From: Selaginella moellendorffii
Taxonomy: Eukaryota; Plantae; Lycopodiophyta
Reading direction: 5' to 3'
NCBI RefSeq assembly: GCF_000143415.4
Contig: NW_003314300.1
Span: forward strand, 812,977-876,976
DNA: 64,000 nucleotides
In this document: positions 11,501 to 24,498 of the stretch, piece after piece
How positions within the stretch are numbered: position 1 is the stretch's first letter
Layout: every line of letters begins with the position of its first letter
The notes under the pieces: generated by a model
What the model was told of the DNA's origin: nothing
Database searches by the model: none
What the model saw: only the letters and a program-made list of their open reading frames with translations
Position numbers and translations under genes: made by a program

Positions 11501-14500
11501 TTCTAGGAGTTCTCATAGACACAATCATGCATAGTATTGTGCTTTTAGAGACAGCCAAACCAGTCTATCAAAAGATGCGGCATTTAAGCCTGGCAGCTCA
11601 CTCAAAGATGAAGTTGGAGATCGAGTGACTTCTGGTAGCCGACTTTATTTACCCTTTGGAGAGCTCAGAGTGGGTGGCCAATCTCATCCCTGCATGCAAG
11701 GCAAATGGAAAACTCTGTTTATGCATTGACTTTCGAGACTTGAACAAGGCAACTACGAAAGATCATTTTCCGACTCCATTTATTGATGCGATTGTGGATG
11801 AGATGGCTGGACACCATTACTACTCTTTCATGGATGGGTTTTCAGGGTACAATCAAGCCTTGGATGACCAAACCTTGCCATCAGACTCCTATTTGGAATT
11901 CCTCACTGGAGTCCTCCTCATGCAATCAGATCTTCATTCATCCTGATCATTGAGATTTTACGGCCTTCCGAACACCTTGGGGTGTCTTCGCTTTCAACGT
12001 CCTCCCGTTTGGCTTGTGTAACGCTAGAGCTACTTTTCAGCGTTTTATGACCCACGCCTTTCACGATTTGATTGGAGGCACCTTGAGGGTGTATGGACGA
12101 TTTGTGCATGATCTTTGACTCCTTTGAGGACCACCTTGTGCACTTGTCACTCACTGCCGACAACACAGGTTCTCATTGAACCCAGCAAAGTGTAAATTCG
12201 AGGTCACTAAAGGCCGGTTCCTAGGCTTTGATGTCTCACAGGATGAAATCAAGCCCTAAGTAGCCAAGGCTCAGGAGATTCACAACCAACGTGAAGCAGC
12301 TTCACAACTTCCTCGGGCAAACGGGTTTCTTCTGTCGTTTCCTCCACAACTATACCACACATTCATGGCCTCTGATAGCTCTGCTACAACACAACATTCC
12401 ATTTGTCTGGGGTGAGTTCCAGCAACAAGCCTTTGAATCATTGAAGCAGTCACTCCACACGGCCCCGGTACTCCAACCAATAGAACGACAACTTCCTTTT
12501 GACGTTTACATCACAACGGGTACAGAGGCTTTTGGAGTATGCCTTTGCCAGTGTTCACAGCCTGGCAAGCCACCAAATGCAACATACTATGCATCACATT
12601 CATTCAACAAGACTGAGAAGAAGTACGTGGATGCGGAAAAAGAAGCAGTGGCTATTGTTTACACCTTGGAGTGATTTCGTCACTTTCTCGCTGGAGCCTG
12701 TATCCATTTCCACATCTATTTAAATATGCTGAACTTTCTTTTACAGTGACCAGTTCACAGTCCTCGTACTTTATCTTGGATTGTGACCATCTAAGAGTTC
12801 CAGCCAACTTTTCACATGCGGCGGAAGCGTGTGATGGATCCGAGTGAGTTCATGGTTGTTGAAGCTACTTCCTTTGTGGTCCCAACAGCATTACAAGACA
12901 TTGCAATGTACTTGGATTCAAGTCAGTTCCCAGCAGATTCCTCACTAGTACAACAAAAGGCATTGGCATGAGCACTTGGTTACGGCATTGTCCTTCAAGA
13001 CATCCATCTCCGCAACCCCATTCTCCCTTGTCTATGGGATAGAGGCCATGCTTCTAGTGGAGATCCAGGTGCCATTGCTCTCACTTTCACTTCGATACGT
13101 AGTAGTAATGCAACTTAGCGATGAGGACAAGCTTCATGCACGTGACTTGGAGGTTTTTGCCTTGGAAGAACAGTGATGATCCACATTGGAACATCTCTTT
13201 TGAGGCAAGCAGAAGATCAAATCAATCATTGATCACCAGCGGTCTGCCGAACCATTCAAGGATGGTGATCTTGTTCTACTCAAGGAGTTTACGCCCAGAG
13301 GTGGAGCACATGTGCTAGTTGATGCTGATGGATGTAAGCTCCCACACGCTCACAACCACCCTCACCTCAAACGCTTCATCCGGTGAGGCGTTCCTCTTCT
13401 CTTCTTTTTCTTTTTCTTCCTTTCTTTCACTTTACTTTCATGATTCCTTTTCTTACTTTCAGAGGGTGTTTCTCCACTGGACTATGGCTCGTGCCTTGGA
13501 TTTCATACTCATGCTGCATTGCCGTTTGTATGGAGGTTCCTCAATTGGCTCAGTTTCTGTTCTAGATTCTTTGGCCCTTTCCTTACCATTACACACCCCA
13601 CACATTCCCCTCACCCATTCCATATCACCTACACTCATAGTTCCATCACCAATCACTTCCAGCAGTGTTTCCCGCACTTATCTCTAGATGCCCGTCTTGC
13701 ATCTTTCATTCTTTCACCATCATTCACATCTCTGTTTAAGGTTACATTTACACCATACCACAGACACACATATGTGCATCAGCAGCAAAAGACACTACCT
13801 CATTTGGACATGCCATTTCTGAGATATCCTTGTGACCATTTTCCGACAATGCACTAGCTTTTCTAGAGCGACTTTCTTCCAACCAGGTGAACCTATTCAC
13901 TCAAAGCACCTAGGTGGATTTTTAGGTGAGGCCACAAAAGCCAAAGCCACTTTCTTCTACTCCAGCACTCAGTGGACACATGCCACCTCCCTTTACTGGC
14001 AACCCAGCAACCATACCGTCCTTTTCAGCTACTACCTTCTTTAGTTACTCTTATTTCAAAGACGGCCACCTTCTCAGAGTGCCACCACCATCTCAGCGCT
14101 CCACCATATCACTCCACCATATCAGTGCTGGAGCAAGTGCAGGAGTAGGAGCAAGAGTAGGTGGTTACCAGTTACCGGCTACTCCGAGAGGTCAACACTT
14201 ACTCTACGGGCCAACGGTTATTAATGGCCACCTTTTCAGAGTGCCACCACCATCTCGGCACTCCACCATACCACTCCATCTTTCATCATTTCCACACTTA
14301 CCACCCTTGGGTAACACATCCCCTCTTCTACCTCTCTTTCTTTTTTGATTTCAGCCAATCCTTGGAGCATATTAGAAGTCATCAAGAGGCTGCATTTGCA
14401 TATTACACTTTCTTGAGCCAAAATCCAGGTATGGGTTAAATTCTTTGGGTACTCACTCTTTTTCCTCTATTTTCATCCTCTTTTCACACTTTTTCTGCAC

Positions 14501-14830
14501 ATTTTCTTCAACTTAAGGGTCTAGTTTGACTACAAGGTTTCCCACCGGGTTTTCCTCCTTGTCTCCAAACTTCACACTTACCTCTTTTCTTTCTTTTCCA
14601 CTTTGTTTTCTGGCAATCCACCATGGTCACATGTTAAGGCGTGGCCACCGAGAGAGTGAGAGAGAGAGAGAGGGAATATTCTGATTCTCAGAATATTCCC
14701 CATCTTCCTTGTACAAAACCCTTGCCTCACAAGGGCAAGGGGGGGCATTTTTTATGGAGAGCATTGAAGTATTTCTTGTGTTTGAGCGAGTGTTGGGGGA
14801 GATGCCCCTCCTTCCCCCAACAATGATGAT
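8510..14830 (+). mobile_element. Degenerate Tat-type Ty3/Gypsy element, domain order gag-PR-aRH-RT-RH-(deleted INT)
   Basis: Gag 8592-9137; protease ALVDSGSRSNII (9678); additional RNase H YFDGA...GIGV...ANEAEYLAAI...DAQLIIRQLTGEY (10880-11130); RT SEWVANLIP...LCIDFRDLNKA...FMDGFSGYNQ; RH YYASHSF...AEKEAVA; integrase C-terminus PFSLVYGIEAML. Boundaries approximate. Confidence 0.85.
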
Positions 14831-14849
14831 AGCCATTCTAGATTCTAGA

Positions 14850-17545
14850 TTGGGTAGATGAAACTAACTTGCTCAACTTTGTTGAATTCTTCCTTGACTT
14901 TCAATTGCATGTTGGGGTTCATTCTATATACTGATTATTTCTTTTGTACAGTTTGAATAATATTTGGTCTGGAATTTTCTTTGTTGTACTTGTGGAGATT
15001 CAAAGGGCTTTTTAATACTCTCCAAAGATAATTGTGTTCTTCCCTAGTATGTGACAACATTAGCTTTCTTGAGCCAAATTTGTCCAAGAAGTACCTTATA
15101 GAAACTATGTTCTTTAGCCATTTTGAGTATAATGAAAGTGATTTTGAACTCTTAATCTGATTGGGATGTTGCAAATGATTTTAGATGGTTGTACACTTCT
15201 ATCATCAGTTATTTTGATATTGAAGGGTGTTAGTTGAATTGGTCTAAATCCCATTACTTTGTATATTGAGTATTTGATAATGTTGACACTTGCACTGCCA
15301 TCAATGATTGTTTGAGGAATTTTGTTCTTTTCTATCTAGATTAGTATGTATAGTACATCTTCATCAAAGTTGCCAAATTGTTGGTCTTTTTCTTAAATTG
15401 AGTTCATTGTGCTTGTGTTGGTACTTGACAAATCTTGAGTAGCTGTTTCTTCAAGTATAGGGCATTTACAAAAGCTCTTAAAGGGTAAATGTGATATTTT
15501 GTTGAAGAATTTTATTTATGAGCTGTGGTTGCTTTTTATGTTTTTGTGGGAGTTGGATTGCAATTTCCTAATTATTAGTTATTTCAAGTTTGTGTTGTTG
15601 AAGATCTTCCTACACTATGTTTATAAGCTCTTTAGCTACTTACCATTCTTCTTTTAAAATTTCTTGTATTTGGTTTTGAGTTTCTTGTTCTTTAATTTCA
15701 TCATCAAGGTGTTCTTCTTGATAATTCACATACTTCTTTTGAGTTCATGTGAAAACTTAAATTTCTGGTTCATCTTCAACATTGGACTTCTTCGACTAGT
15801 TCTTTGTTGACATTCCTTGCTATTGGTGGAAGTCTTCAGTTATTAATTGCTCTGAATTGGTTGATTTATTTGATTTTGTTGTTATTAATATTGAGGTAAA
15901 AAATCCTGAGTTTGAGGTTGTTATTGATAGTTGTTTCGTGGATATACTCAAGATGGCTATTTTTATTGTTATAGTTATTGTTGATAATTTGATTGTTGAG
16001 GTCTCTATTATCAATTATTTTGGTACTACTACCGGTAGTTATTTTGCCATAAAGGTGGTCTCCATTGTTGATTTTCTTGATAAAGTTATTGATAAGCCTA
16101 TTGGTAAGCTGGTGGTCTATGGTCATTTTAGTAATCTTTTTTTTTTGTATTTTGGGTTAGGATTATAATTACTTTGATTCAGATAGTTGGATTGCCATTA
16201 TTGTTGATTTTGTTGAGGATGATTGTATTATTTTCAATTCAATGGAAGAGTTTGGGATGTATTCTCAACTTGTGTGACTTTTGCAACTCCTCAATATTGA
16301 CAAATCTTTGCAATATGTCCTTCTCTTTTGCAAATCTGACATTTAAGAATTTGTAACTTACATTCTGTTGTGATGTATCTTTCATTCTTGCATTTTGTAC
16401 ACCATAGTTTTTTGAGTTCACACTTCTTCATTGTCAAATGAGTCTTTGTTTCTTGAGGATTCAGTTTTTGAGAAATTTCAAAGCTATTTCTCGATATTCT
16501 TGATTTTCTCATAAATGTATTTGACAGTTATATCAACTTTTAAGTCATCATTGATGCTTACTATTGTGACCATTTGTTGATAAATTTTCTTTAAACCTTG
16601 TACATATGTAGCGCATGTGATCATAGGATGAGATTTGGATATACTGTCACTGTGGATCCTTGGAATCTTGGAGGATAAATGGGGATAAAATAGCTACTAA
16701 AGGCTCTCTCATCAAGCAATTGCCCCTTTTTCAGTTTGCTTAAAGGGAGAGAGATAAGGTGTGCTACAGTTGATATTAGAGCAAATGACACAGGTTCGAT
16801 TCCCATTGATTAGTGGCTACCTAAAATATAATATACCCTTGAGCAAGGTATATTCCTACCCCTAAAATTTGAAAAATCGTACGTATTGGACATCCATCCG
16901 TACGTCCTTCCTCTTGTGGAGCATCCCAAACGAAGGTATTTACTATAGGACTATGATATGGGTGGATGACTAGTTGCCTCATGGAATAGTTAGTCTACAT
17001 AATGGAAGGATTGGTAGATTCAATGGGAGGATTGGTAAATTCAGTGCAAAAATGGAAGTGTTGGTTCCCCTTGGCTCAGTAGAGGTTGTTAGTCAACACA
17101 ATGGAAGGATTGGTAGATTTAGTGCAGAAATGAAGGTGTTGGTTCCCCTTGGCTCAATAGGGGTTGTTAGTCAACATCTTATGATCACATGTGCTACACT
17201 CACCCTCCCCCCCCCCCCCTCCCCCTTTAGAGATGTTAATGTCCTCATTGACTAAGATTTGGATATACTGTCACTGTGGATTCTTGGAACCTTGGGAGAT
17301 AAATAGGGATAAAATAGCCACTAAGGGCTCTCTCATCAAGTAATTGCCCCTTTTCCAGTTGGCTTAAGGGGAGAGAAATAAGGTGCGCTACAATATACCA
17401 AATATATTTACCTTGCTTAGTTAATAAATCTTTGCAGTGTCTTGCATGGTATTTAAATTGTCATATATAATTTTCAATGTCTTTTTTACTACCTTGTTTG
17501 ATGCTCTTGAGGTGTTCAAAATTTTCAATTGTGGTTCCAGTTCAA
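14850..17545 (-). pseudogene. AT-rich Gypsy gag-protease-RT start, probably the same family or element as 7390-8490; interrupted by a TRIM
   Basis: Decayed zinc knuckles CTKCKNERYITTEC and CQICKREGHIAKIC; protease IIDGSASVNII (about 15290); RT N-terminus YRMNPNMQLKVKEEFNK...FIYPI. Confidence 0.8.
16607..17392 (+). mobile_element. TRIM (older copy) with an 80-bp inversion over the PPT/3' LTR junction
   Basis: 162-bp LTR TGTAGCGCA...GTGCTACA (16607-16768), decayed Met PBS, flanks ACATA/ATATA. Homologous to 23679-24498. Confidence 0.88.
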
Positions 17546-17622
17546 TGGTGTTATCGTATGGTAAATCACTATAGGATAAAGGGTAAAACCACATGTCCTA
17601 CATTTGGTCCTCTGATACCAAA

Positions 17623-18753
17623 TGTAGTGCACATGGTTTTACCCTTTATCCTATGGTGATTTACCATAGGATAACACCACGAAGCGAAACCTAAACCCTC
17701 TTTATGCCACGTGTCATATACCACGTGTCCATGGGACAGTGGTGTGGAACCCGGTGTTCAAGGCCTTGGGCTATTGAACGAAGGAACTGTGCCAAACTCC
17801 CAAGCATGGAGCCAAGGAGCATTAGCACTGGAGCACGGAACGACTCCCGAGCATATATCCCAAGGAGCGAAGGGATAGGAGCCTAGAGCAACTTGGAACA
17901 ATCCTAGAGTAACCAACATCCTAATGCTAGGACTAGCACACAAAACAGAGCCAAATGGATTCTGGTGCTATTTCAACATACTGATTGCCTAACGCGAAGA
18001 CATAGGTATTCCACCAGCTAGCATGGTGTGAAATTTGGGTTTAGACCCAAGTCAGACGCAGAACAAGGACAGGCACACAAGCAGAAGCTAGACTATACCT
18101 CAAGTTGGTCGGCCATGCCACTATCCCTACTATATATTTGGAACCCCCCACAGCCTCCCCCCCCCTTCCCCCCCTTGAGGAACATATGCTTTGGGCTTTC
18201 ACCCCAAGCCTCCCTTAGTACCAGGAGTTAGTCTCTAAGACAAGTCTGAAACTTACTAAATATGGAATGGTTTTAGATTGCGAATTTGGATATGGGACGA
18301 ACACCATTGCATTCAGGACAATCTCTACATTCTTTAGATATGCCAAATGAGTAAATCTAGACACTTTCCATAAATAACATTTGGGATCGAATTGAAACTA
18401 ACACAAAGGGCATGATAGCGAGGGTGTTTGGTAGACACGATAAGCTATCATCCAGCGTTATTAAGGGACTAATCTCAATATGCGAGGGTTCTTGTCAAGT
18501 TAGTGCAAGATAGAGCAAAAGAGAACTAAAAAGCCAGGCCAAGTATATTTGGCTAAATAGACACTTAGGAATTCTATCCTTATGCTTATCCAGCCAAGTA
18601 CAGATGCAAAGTCCAATTTACTAACACTTGAACAAGAAGGACTAATAAAAGGTCTAGCAATACCGACTTCCTGCCATCGTGGCAGTAAGGTAAGAGTGTC
18701 CATAAGGACCGGCCGATAGGTAACTTTCGATACCCAAAGTCACATTTGTGACA
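17623..18753 (-). mobile_element. LTR with adjacent PBS, same family as the 22304/29279 LTRs; internal region missing
   Basis: TGTAGTGCAC...GTGACA, collinear with 22304-23457. CTCTGATACCA (reverse complement of Met PBS) immediately to the left. Confidence 0.88.
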
Positions 18754-21700
18754 TCCACTTCCTGAAGGAGATATTGGAGGTGGTGGCTCAATGGCAAGGT
18801 GATGTGTGGGATTCACTTGAGTGGTGTAATGTTTATAGATGCATTGGAAAAAGATGGAAACTCCCATCTTTATTTGCCTTCCCTTGCCCACCTATAAGGT
18901 AATATTTTTCATTTCGGTCATAAATCCATTGTAGGTGAAATGAGTTATGTTTATTTGCCATCTAGTCTTAGTAGCTTCCAATAGGTGTGCTATTTTGATA
19001 CTAGCATTTTGTGCAATCGTCCTCCCATTGATGATGGCACACAACACTTTAAGCCTAGCATGATAGTTAAGCTTCAAGTAGGTGAAGTTGTCTCCTTGTC
19101 CAGATATGTAATTTAGGAGGATGTATTATTTGGGCATGCGATCTTTCTTACTCATCATGATTACTTTGCCCTCGTTATCTATGCAAAAAATCTGAGCAAA
19201 CTAAGTGAGTCCAAAAGGATGGACTCACCTGCAGAAAAGAAAAATATATTCCTTTGGGTACTACTTTTATATAAATTCGATCCTTTGCTTGACTGTTGTT
19301 TTTGCTTCAAGTAGCTCTGCATAGGTGAGTAACCCAAAGGCATTAATCCAAAACTTGTCATAGGGAGAAAGCACAAACTCCCTAAACAGCTTTACTTGGC
19401 TATAATTTGGCTCCTTGTTGTTGGATGAGATTTCCTCCATATACTCATCTTGCCTAGGCATTTTTACTGTCTGTGGAGATTTGTAGGTAAACCACTCGAC
19501 ATTAGGCGACTGGGAGATGGAGTGCAATGCCAACAGAGGTGCCCAAGAGAGGCCTTGAATCGATGGTGCAAGAGTGGAGTTGACAGCTTGTGGCAGTGGT
19601 GTGAGGACAAATTCACTCCACCCAATCGAGAGTGCACTCAACCCAGTAGGCAGTGACAATGGCATTTGCTCTTGCGCGGCCATAGGTGACATTTAAGCTG
19701 CTATCCCTTAAGACTAAATCAGTTGTTAACCTTCTTCTTTTTCGAACCATATTCAAAGAAATTTGTCAAAATTTACAAAGACAGGTGTTGTAGCCCATGC
19801 CAAAAACAAATTTTTTAGGCAAGTGAGTAGGCAGGCTAATAGACAGTAGTTAACAATAAGTAGCATAATTCATTCATTGCTGCCATGAATATCAAACACA
19901 TGACTCTTTCAAAAAACTCTACTAGGAACTCCAAGCCCTAAAACAATTTCCCAAATTATAAACCTAAATATACAAATCCCTCTTTAAGATATTACCTAGA
20001 TTTTGTATAACATTGTATCTCTTTCTCAAAACACTTGATTCTCCACAACAGAAAACTAAAACAATTGAAACAAAATATCAAACACTAAATCACCAACATT
20101 GTTTCTATCCAACTTAAATTCCCCGTGTTCCTTCTGCAAAAAATAACTAAAAAAATAGGGTTTACCATCATGTTAATTCCTAGAACACACTCTTTTCATT
20201 TTTTTTATAAACCAATTCATCCACTTCCTGTCACCCTCAGAATGAATCTTGGATTCTTACAAGTTGTTTAGTGGTGATCATTCATCATGAGAAGGGAAGA
20301 AGGAAAAATCACAACCAAACGGGACAGCCATAACAAACCTGATGGCTATAACTTGCATGGACTTTTGTGTGGACTGGTAAAGGTTGTGTTGCCAAAGACT
20401 GCCCTTATGGGAAGGAGAGCTAAGCACACATAAACGAGGAGCAAAATGGCAGACAGGATTTGGTTGATTCTTGGAACTTGGAGCTTGGAAGTAGCCAAGA
20501 ACAAGAAATAGTTTGCAAGATATATGCTTCATTGCACACTAGATAGTTGCATCTGCTCATTTAATTGCGAAGGACAAGGAGTTCCAAGTGGAGTGGATCT
20601 GCAACCAAGCTCCCAGGGAAGCTCTAGGGATGCATTGGCCACTGCTTACCTTAGGTGTGGGACTAACAACATTTGAGCAGGCAAGGCATCACAAAGTTTG
20701 TTTATCATCTTGAGAGTGAACATGCTATGTCTGCGAAATACCAGAACCAACAGGAGAAGAGATCAAGCCTCTTAAAGACCAAACACTAAACACTGTAAAC
20801 AGTGGTTTTGTATTGAGTAAGACACCTTTTTTTTTCTAAAAGAACTTTATAAACCAGAATAAGTTGTTGATTAGAGGGACTTCAAGTTTCAACACGGTGC
20901 TAATGGCTATTAAGTCTTAGGTATCAGAGATTTTTAAATACTAAATTTTTTATCTCTGTAGATTCTTCAAAAAGGAGTCAATTCAGATGTCATTTACTCT
21001 GTAGACAGTATTACAGGGATCTCAGCTCCGCTGGGAGAAGCAGAGAATGGCTTTGGTTTTGGTATTGGGGTAGTTCAATCTGTTTCTTTTTATTGCTTTC
21101 TCTTAACACTATAGTTTGGAGAGATACAATTTTTTTTGTACTGTTGTATTAAATATAAAACAAAATATTTTATACTTATGTACATTCTATTTCATACTTC
21201 TCTCCAGGTAGTTCAGCATTTTTTTTTCTTCGCAGAAGTTTGCTCAATGAAAACCCAACAGTTTTGAAAAGTTCTATAAACTAAACTATAAAGATTCAAG
21301 TGAGCACGAAAGGAATAGAAAGAGGACACAAGCCCATCATCCACGGGGAGCATCTGAGTGTGACACTTTTCATGGACCAATTGCAGCTCTAGATCTTTTT
21401 ATCTGAAAAGAAAATTATAAAAATCCCTTCTCAACAACTACCTTTTTTCGAAGATCCTCTTGCTGTTTAGAAACACTAAGGGGCTTTACCTTGCTTAGAT
21501 TTGCTGTTGTCTGAACAAATTGAAAACATAAGTTAAAATAGCATAAGTATTGTACAACTTTTCTAAATAGCTCAGCAAATCAAGTTTGTAGAGCATTGGC
21601 TTCAATTTGTTCGTCTCTGTGAGCTACATCTTCAAAACATATGGATGAGCACATAGGGTAACCACACAGTATCATACCTCCAAATGGAAAGCTTTTGATA

Positions 21701-23678
21701 GCCTTGTAATACATTGCTGGATCTTGGCATCCACCCTATTTAATTTCTGGTAAAGACATCCATGCATGATGTTTTGAGCACAAATCAAAAGCCTCAAAAT
21801 TCAAATTACTTTCTTACAAAAGTTCTGCTTTATCATGTCTGTAATTTATGGGATAAATATTTCACAGCCACTATGCCTTCAAATAACCTGCTATATTTTT
21901 CTTCTAGTTCAACATCCAGTATAGAAGGATACCAAATGCAAAGATTGTCTTCACAATCTGAATCAAAAGGCTGAGTTTTTTTCTATACTAAAATATTCAA
22001 GAGAATACAAGTTTTTGATAAAATAAGAGTCTTTAGTTTCTGATTTGAGGGAACAACTGCATTTCTTTTCAGTGACAGTGGATGTGGGATATATCGATTC
22101 AAAGTTATTGAGGTAAAATCCAAGTGCTGAAGGCCTGGAAAACAATAAGCTTCAAACTTACAATGGGGAACTAAGAACTTGCAGTATGAAAAAAATGGTT
22201 GGCCCAAGTGGTTCTTCAAATCCATGGAGCTTGAGTTGCCATCAAGAAGCCATCCATCCCCAAGCTCTTGAAGGAAAGCATGGATATATTCTGGAAGTGT
22301 TATTGTAGTGCACGTGGTTTTAACCCTTTATCCTATAGTGATTTACCATAGGATAACACCACGAAGCGGAACCTAAACCCTCTTTGTGCCACGTGACAGA
22401 TGCCACGTGTCACATGCCATGTGTCCATGCCACGTGTCCATAGGAACCCGAGGTTCAGGGCCTTGGGCCACTGAACGAAGGAACGGTGCCAAACTCCCAA
22501 GCATGGAGCCAAGGAGTGACGGAACCGAACCACGGAGCAACTCCCGAGCATACAGCCCAAGGAGTGAAGGGACAGGAGCCCGGAGCGACTTGGAACAGTC
22601 CTAGAGTAACCAGCATCCCAATGCCAGGACCAACACGCAAAACGGAGCCAAATGGAGTCTGGCACTATTTTAGCATACCGGTGGCCTAATGCGAGGATAT
22701 GGGTACTCCACCAACTAGCATGGAATGGAACTTAGGCTTAGACCCAAGCCGGACGCAGAACAAGGACAGGCACGCAAGCGGGAGCTAGACTATGCCTTAG
22801 GTTGGTCGGCCATGCCCGACCTACCCACTATCCCTACTATACATTTGGAACCCCCCACAGCCCCCCCCCCCCCCCTTGAGGAACACACGCTTTGGGCTTT
22901 CACCCCAAGCCTCCCTTAGTATCAGGAGTTAGTCTCTGGGACAAGCTCGAAACTTACTAAATATGGAATGTCCCTAGATTGCGAATTTGGACACGGGACG
23001 AACACCATTGTGTTCAGGACGATCTCTACATTCCGTAGATATGCCAAATGAGCAAATTTGGACACTTTCCATAAATAGCATTTGGGACCGAAATGAGACT
23101 AACACAAAGGGCATGATAGCGAGGGTGTTTGGCAGACACGGTAAGCTATCATCTAGCAATATTGAGGGACCAAGCTCAATATCGCGGGGGTTCCTAACAC
23201 TAGCAAGTGCAAGCCAACATCATGAGTTTCTCATCACCGTATCAAGTCTGCTTGACTAAATGACAACTTAGGATTTCCTTCCTTAGTGCCCTTCCGATCT
23301 AAGTGCACATGTGATGACCAGTTTCTCAACTAGCTTAGGTGGAGACTGATAACGGGCCCAGCAATACCGACCTCCTGCCATCGTGGCAGTAAGGTAAGAG
23401 TGTCCGTAAGGACTAATCGACAGGTAACTTTCGATACCCGAAGTCACATACGCGACACTCTCCCCCCCCTAGGGAAGATCGACGTCCTCGTCGATGCATA
23501 CTCGAGTCTAGAATACCGCCAAGGAAACAACTCCAGAAAAAGTTCACGGTACTCACACTATGTGAGAAATGCACCAACTTAAATGAGTTAGGAGGCAACC
23601 TCTTTGTCTAACGCGGATGCGCTACCAGCTTAGACACCTTCCGGCCGTTGCCGACAAGGAAATGACCAACGGAGTTAG

Positions 23679-24498
23679 TGTAGCGCATGTGATCATGGGA
23701 TGAGATTTGGATATACTGTCACCGTGGATCCTTAGAACCTTGGGGGATAAATGGGGATAAAATAGCTACTAAGGGCTCTCTCATCAAGCAATTGCCCCTT
23801 TTCCAGTTGGCTTAAGGGGAGAGAGATAAGGTGCGCTACAGTTGGTATCGGAGCAAATGGCACGGGTTCGATTCCCATTGATTAGTGGCTACTTAAAAAG
23901 TATAATATACCCTTGAGCAAGGTATATTCCTACCCCTAAATTAGAAAATCGTATGTATTGGGCATCCATGCGTACGTCCTTCCTCTTGTGGAGCATCCCA
24001 GACGAAGGAATCCACCGTGGGATTGCGGTACGGGTGGATGACTAGTTGCCTCACATGGAATAGTTGGTCTACACAATGGAAGGATTGGTAGATTGAGTGC
24101 GGAAATGGAGGTGCTGGTTCCCCTTGGCTCAGTAGGGGAGCATCCCAGACGAAGGAATCCACCGTGGGATTGCGGTACGGGTGGATGACTAGTTGCCTCA
24201 CATGGAATAGTTGGTCTACACAATGGAAGGATTGGTAGATTGAGTGCGGAAATGGAGGTGCTGGTTCCCCTTGGCTCAGTAGGGGTTGTTAGTCAATAGT
24301 CAATGAGGATATTAACATCTCTGAAGGGGGGGTGAGTGTAGCGCATGTGATCATGGGATGAGATTTGGATATACTGTCACCGTGGATCCTTGGAACCTTG
24401 GGGGATAAATGGGGATAAAATAGCCACTAAGGGCTCTCTCATCAAGCAATTGCCCCTTTTCCAGTTGGCTTAAGGGGAGAGAGATAAGGTGCGCTACA
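23679..24498 (+). mobile_element. Complete TRIM (820 bp) nested in the LARD
   Basis: 162-bp LTRs 23679-23840 and 24337-24498 with TGTAGCGCA...TGCGCTACA ends; PBS TGGTATCGGAGC 23843-23854; PPT GAAGGGGGGGTGAG; TSD GTTAG; internal tandem duplication of about 147 bp. Confidence 0.95.

Noticed and set aside
22333-23259. ORFs repeated almost identically at 29308-30230
   Set aside because: They lie within the paired LTRs; identity reflects LTR duplication and no protein motif is present.
23843-23880. tRNA gene suggested by GGTTCGATTCCC (also about 16795 and 4331)
   Set aside because: No cloverleaf; it is PBS-adjacent sequence of TRIMs.
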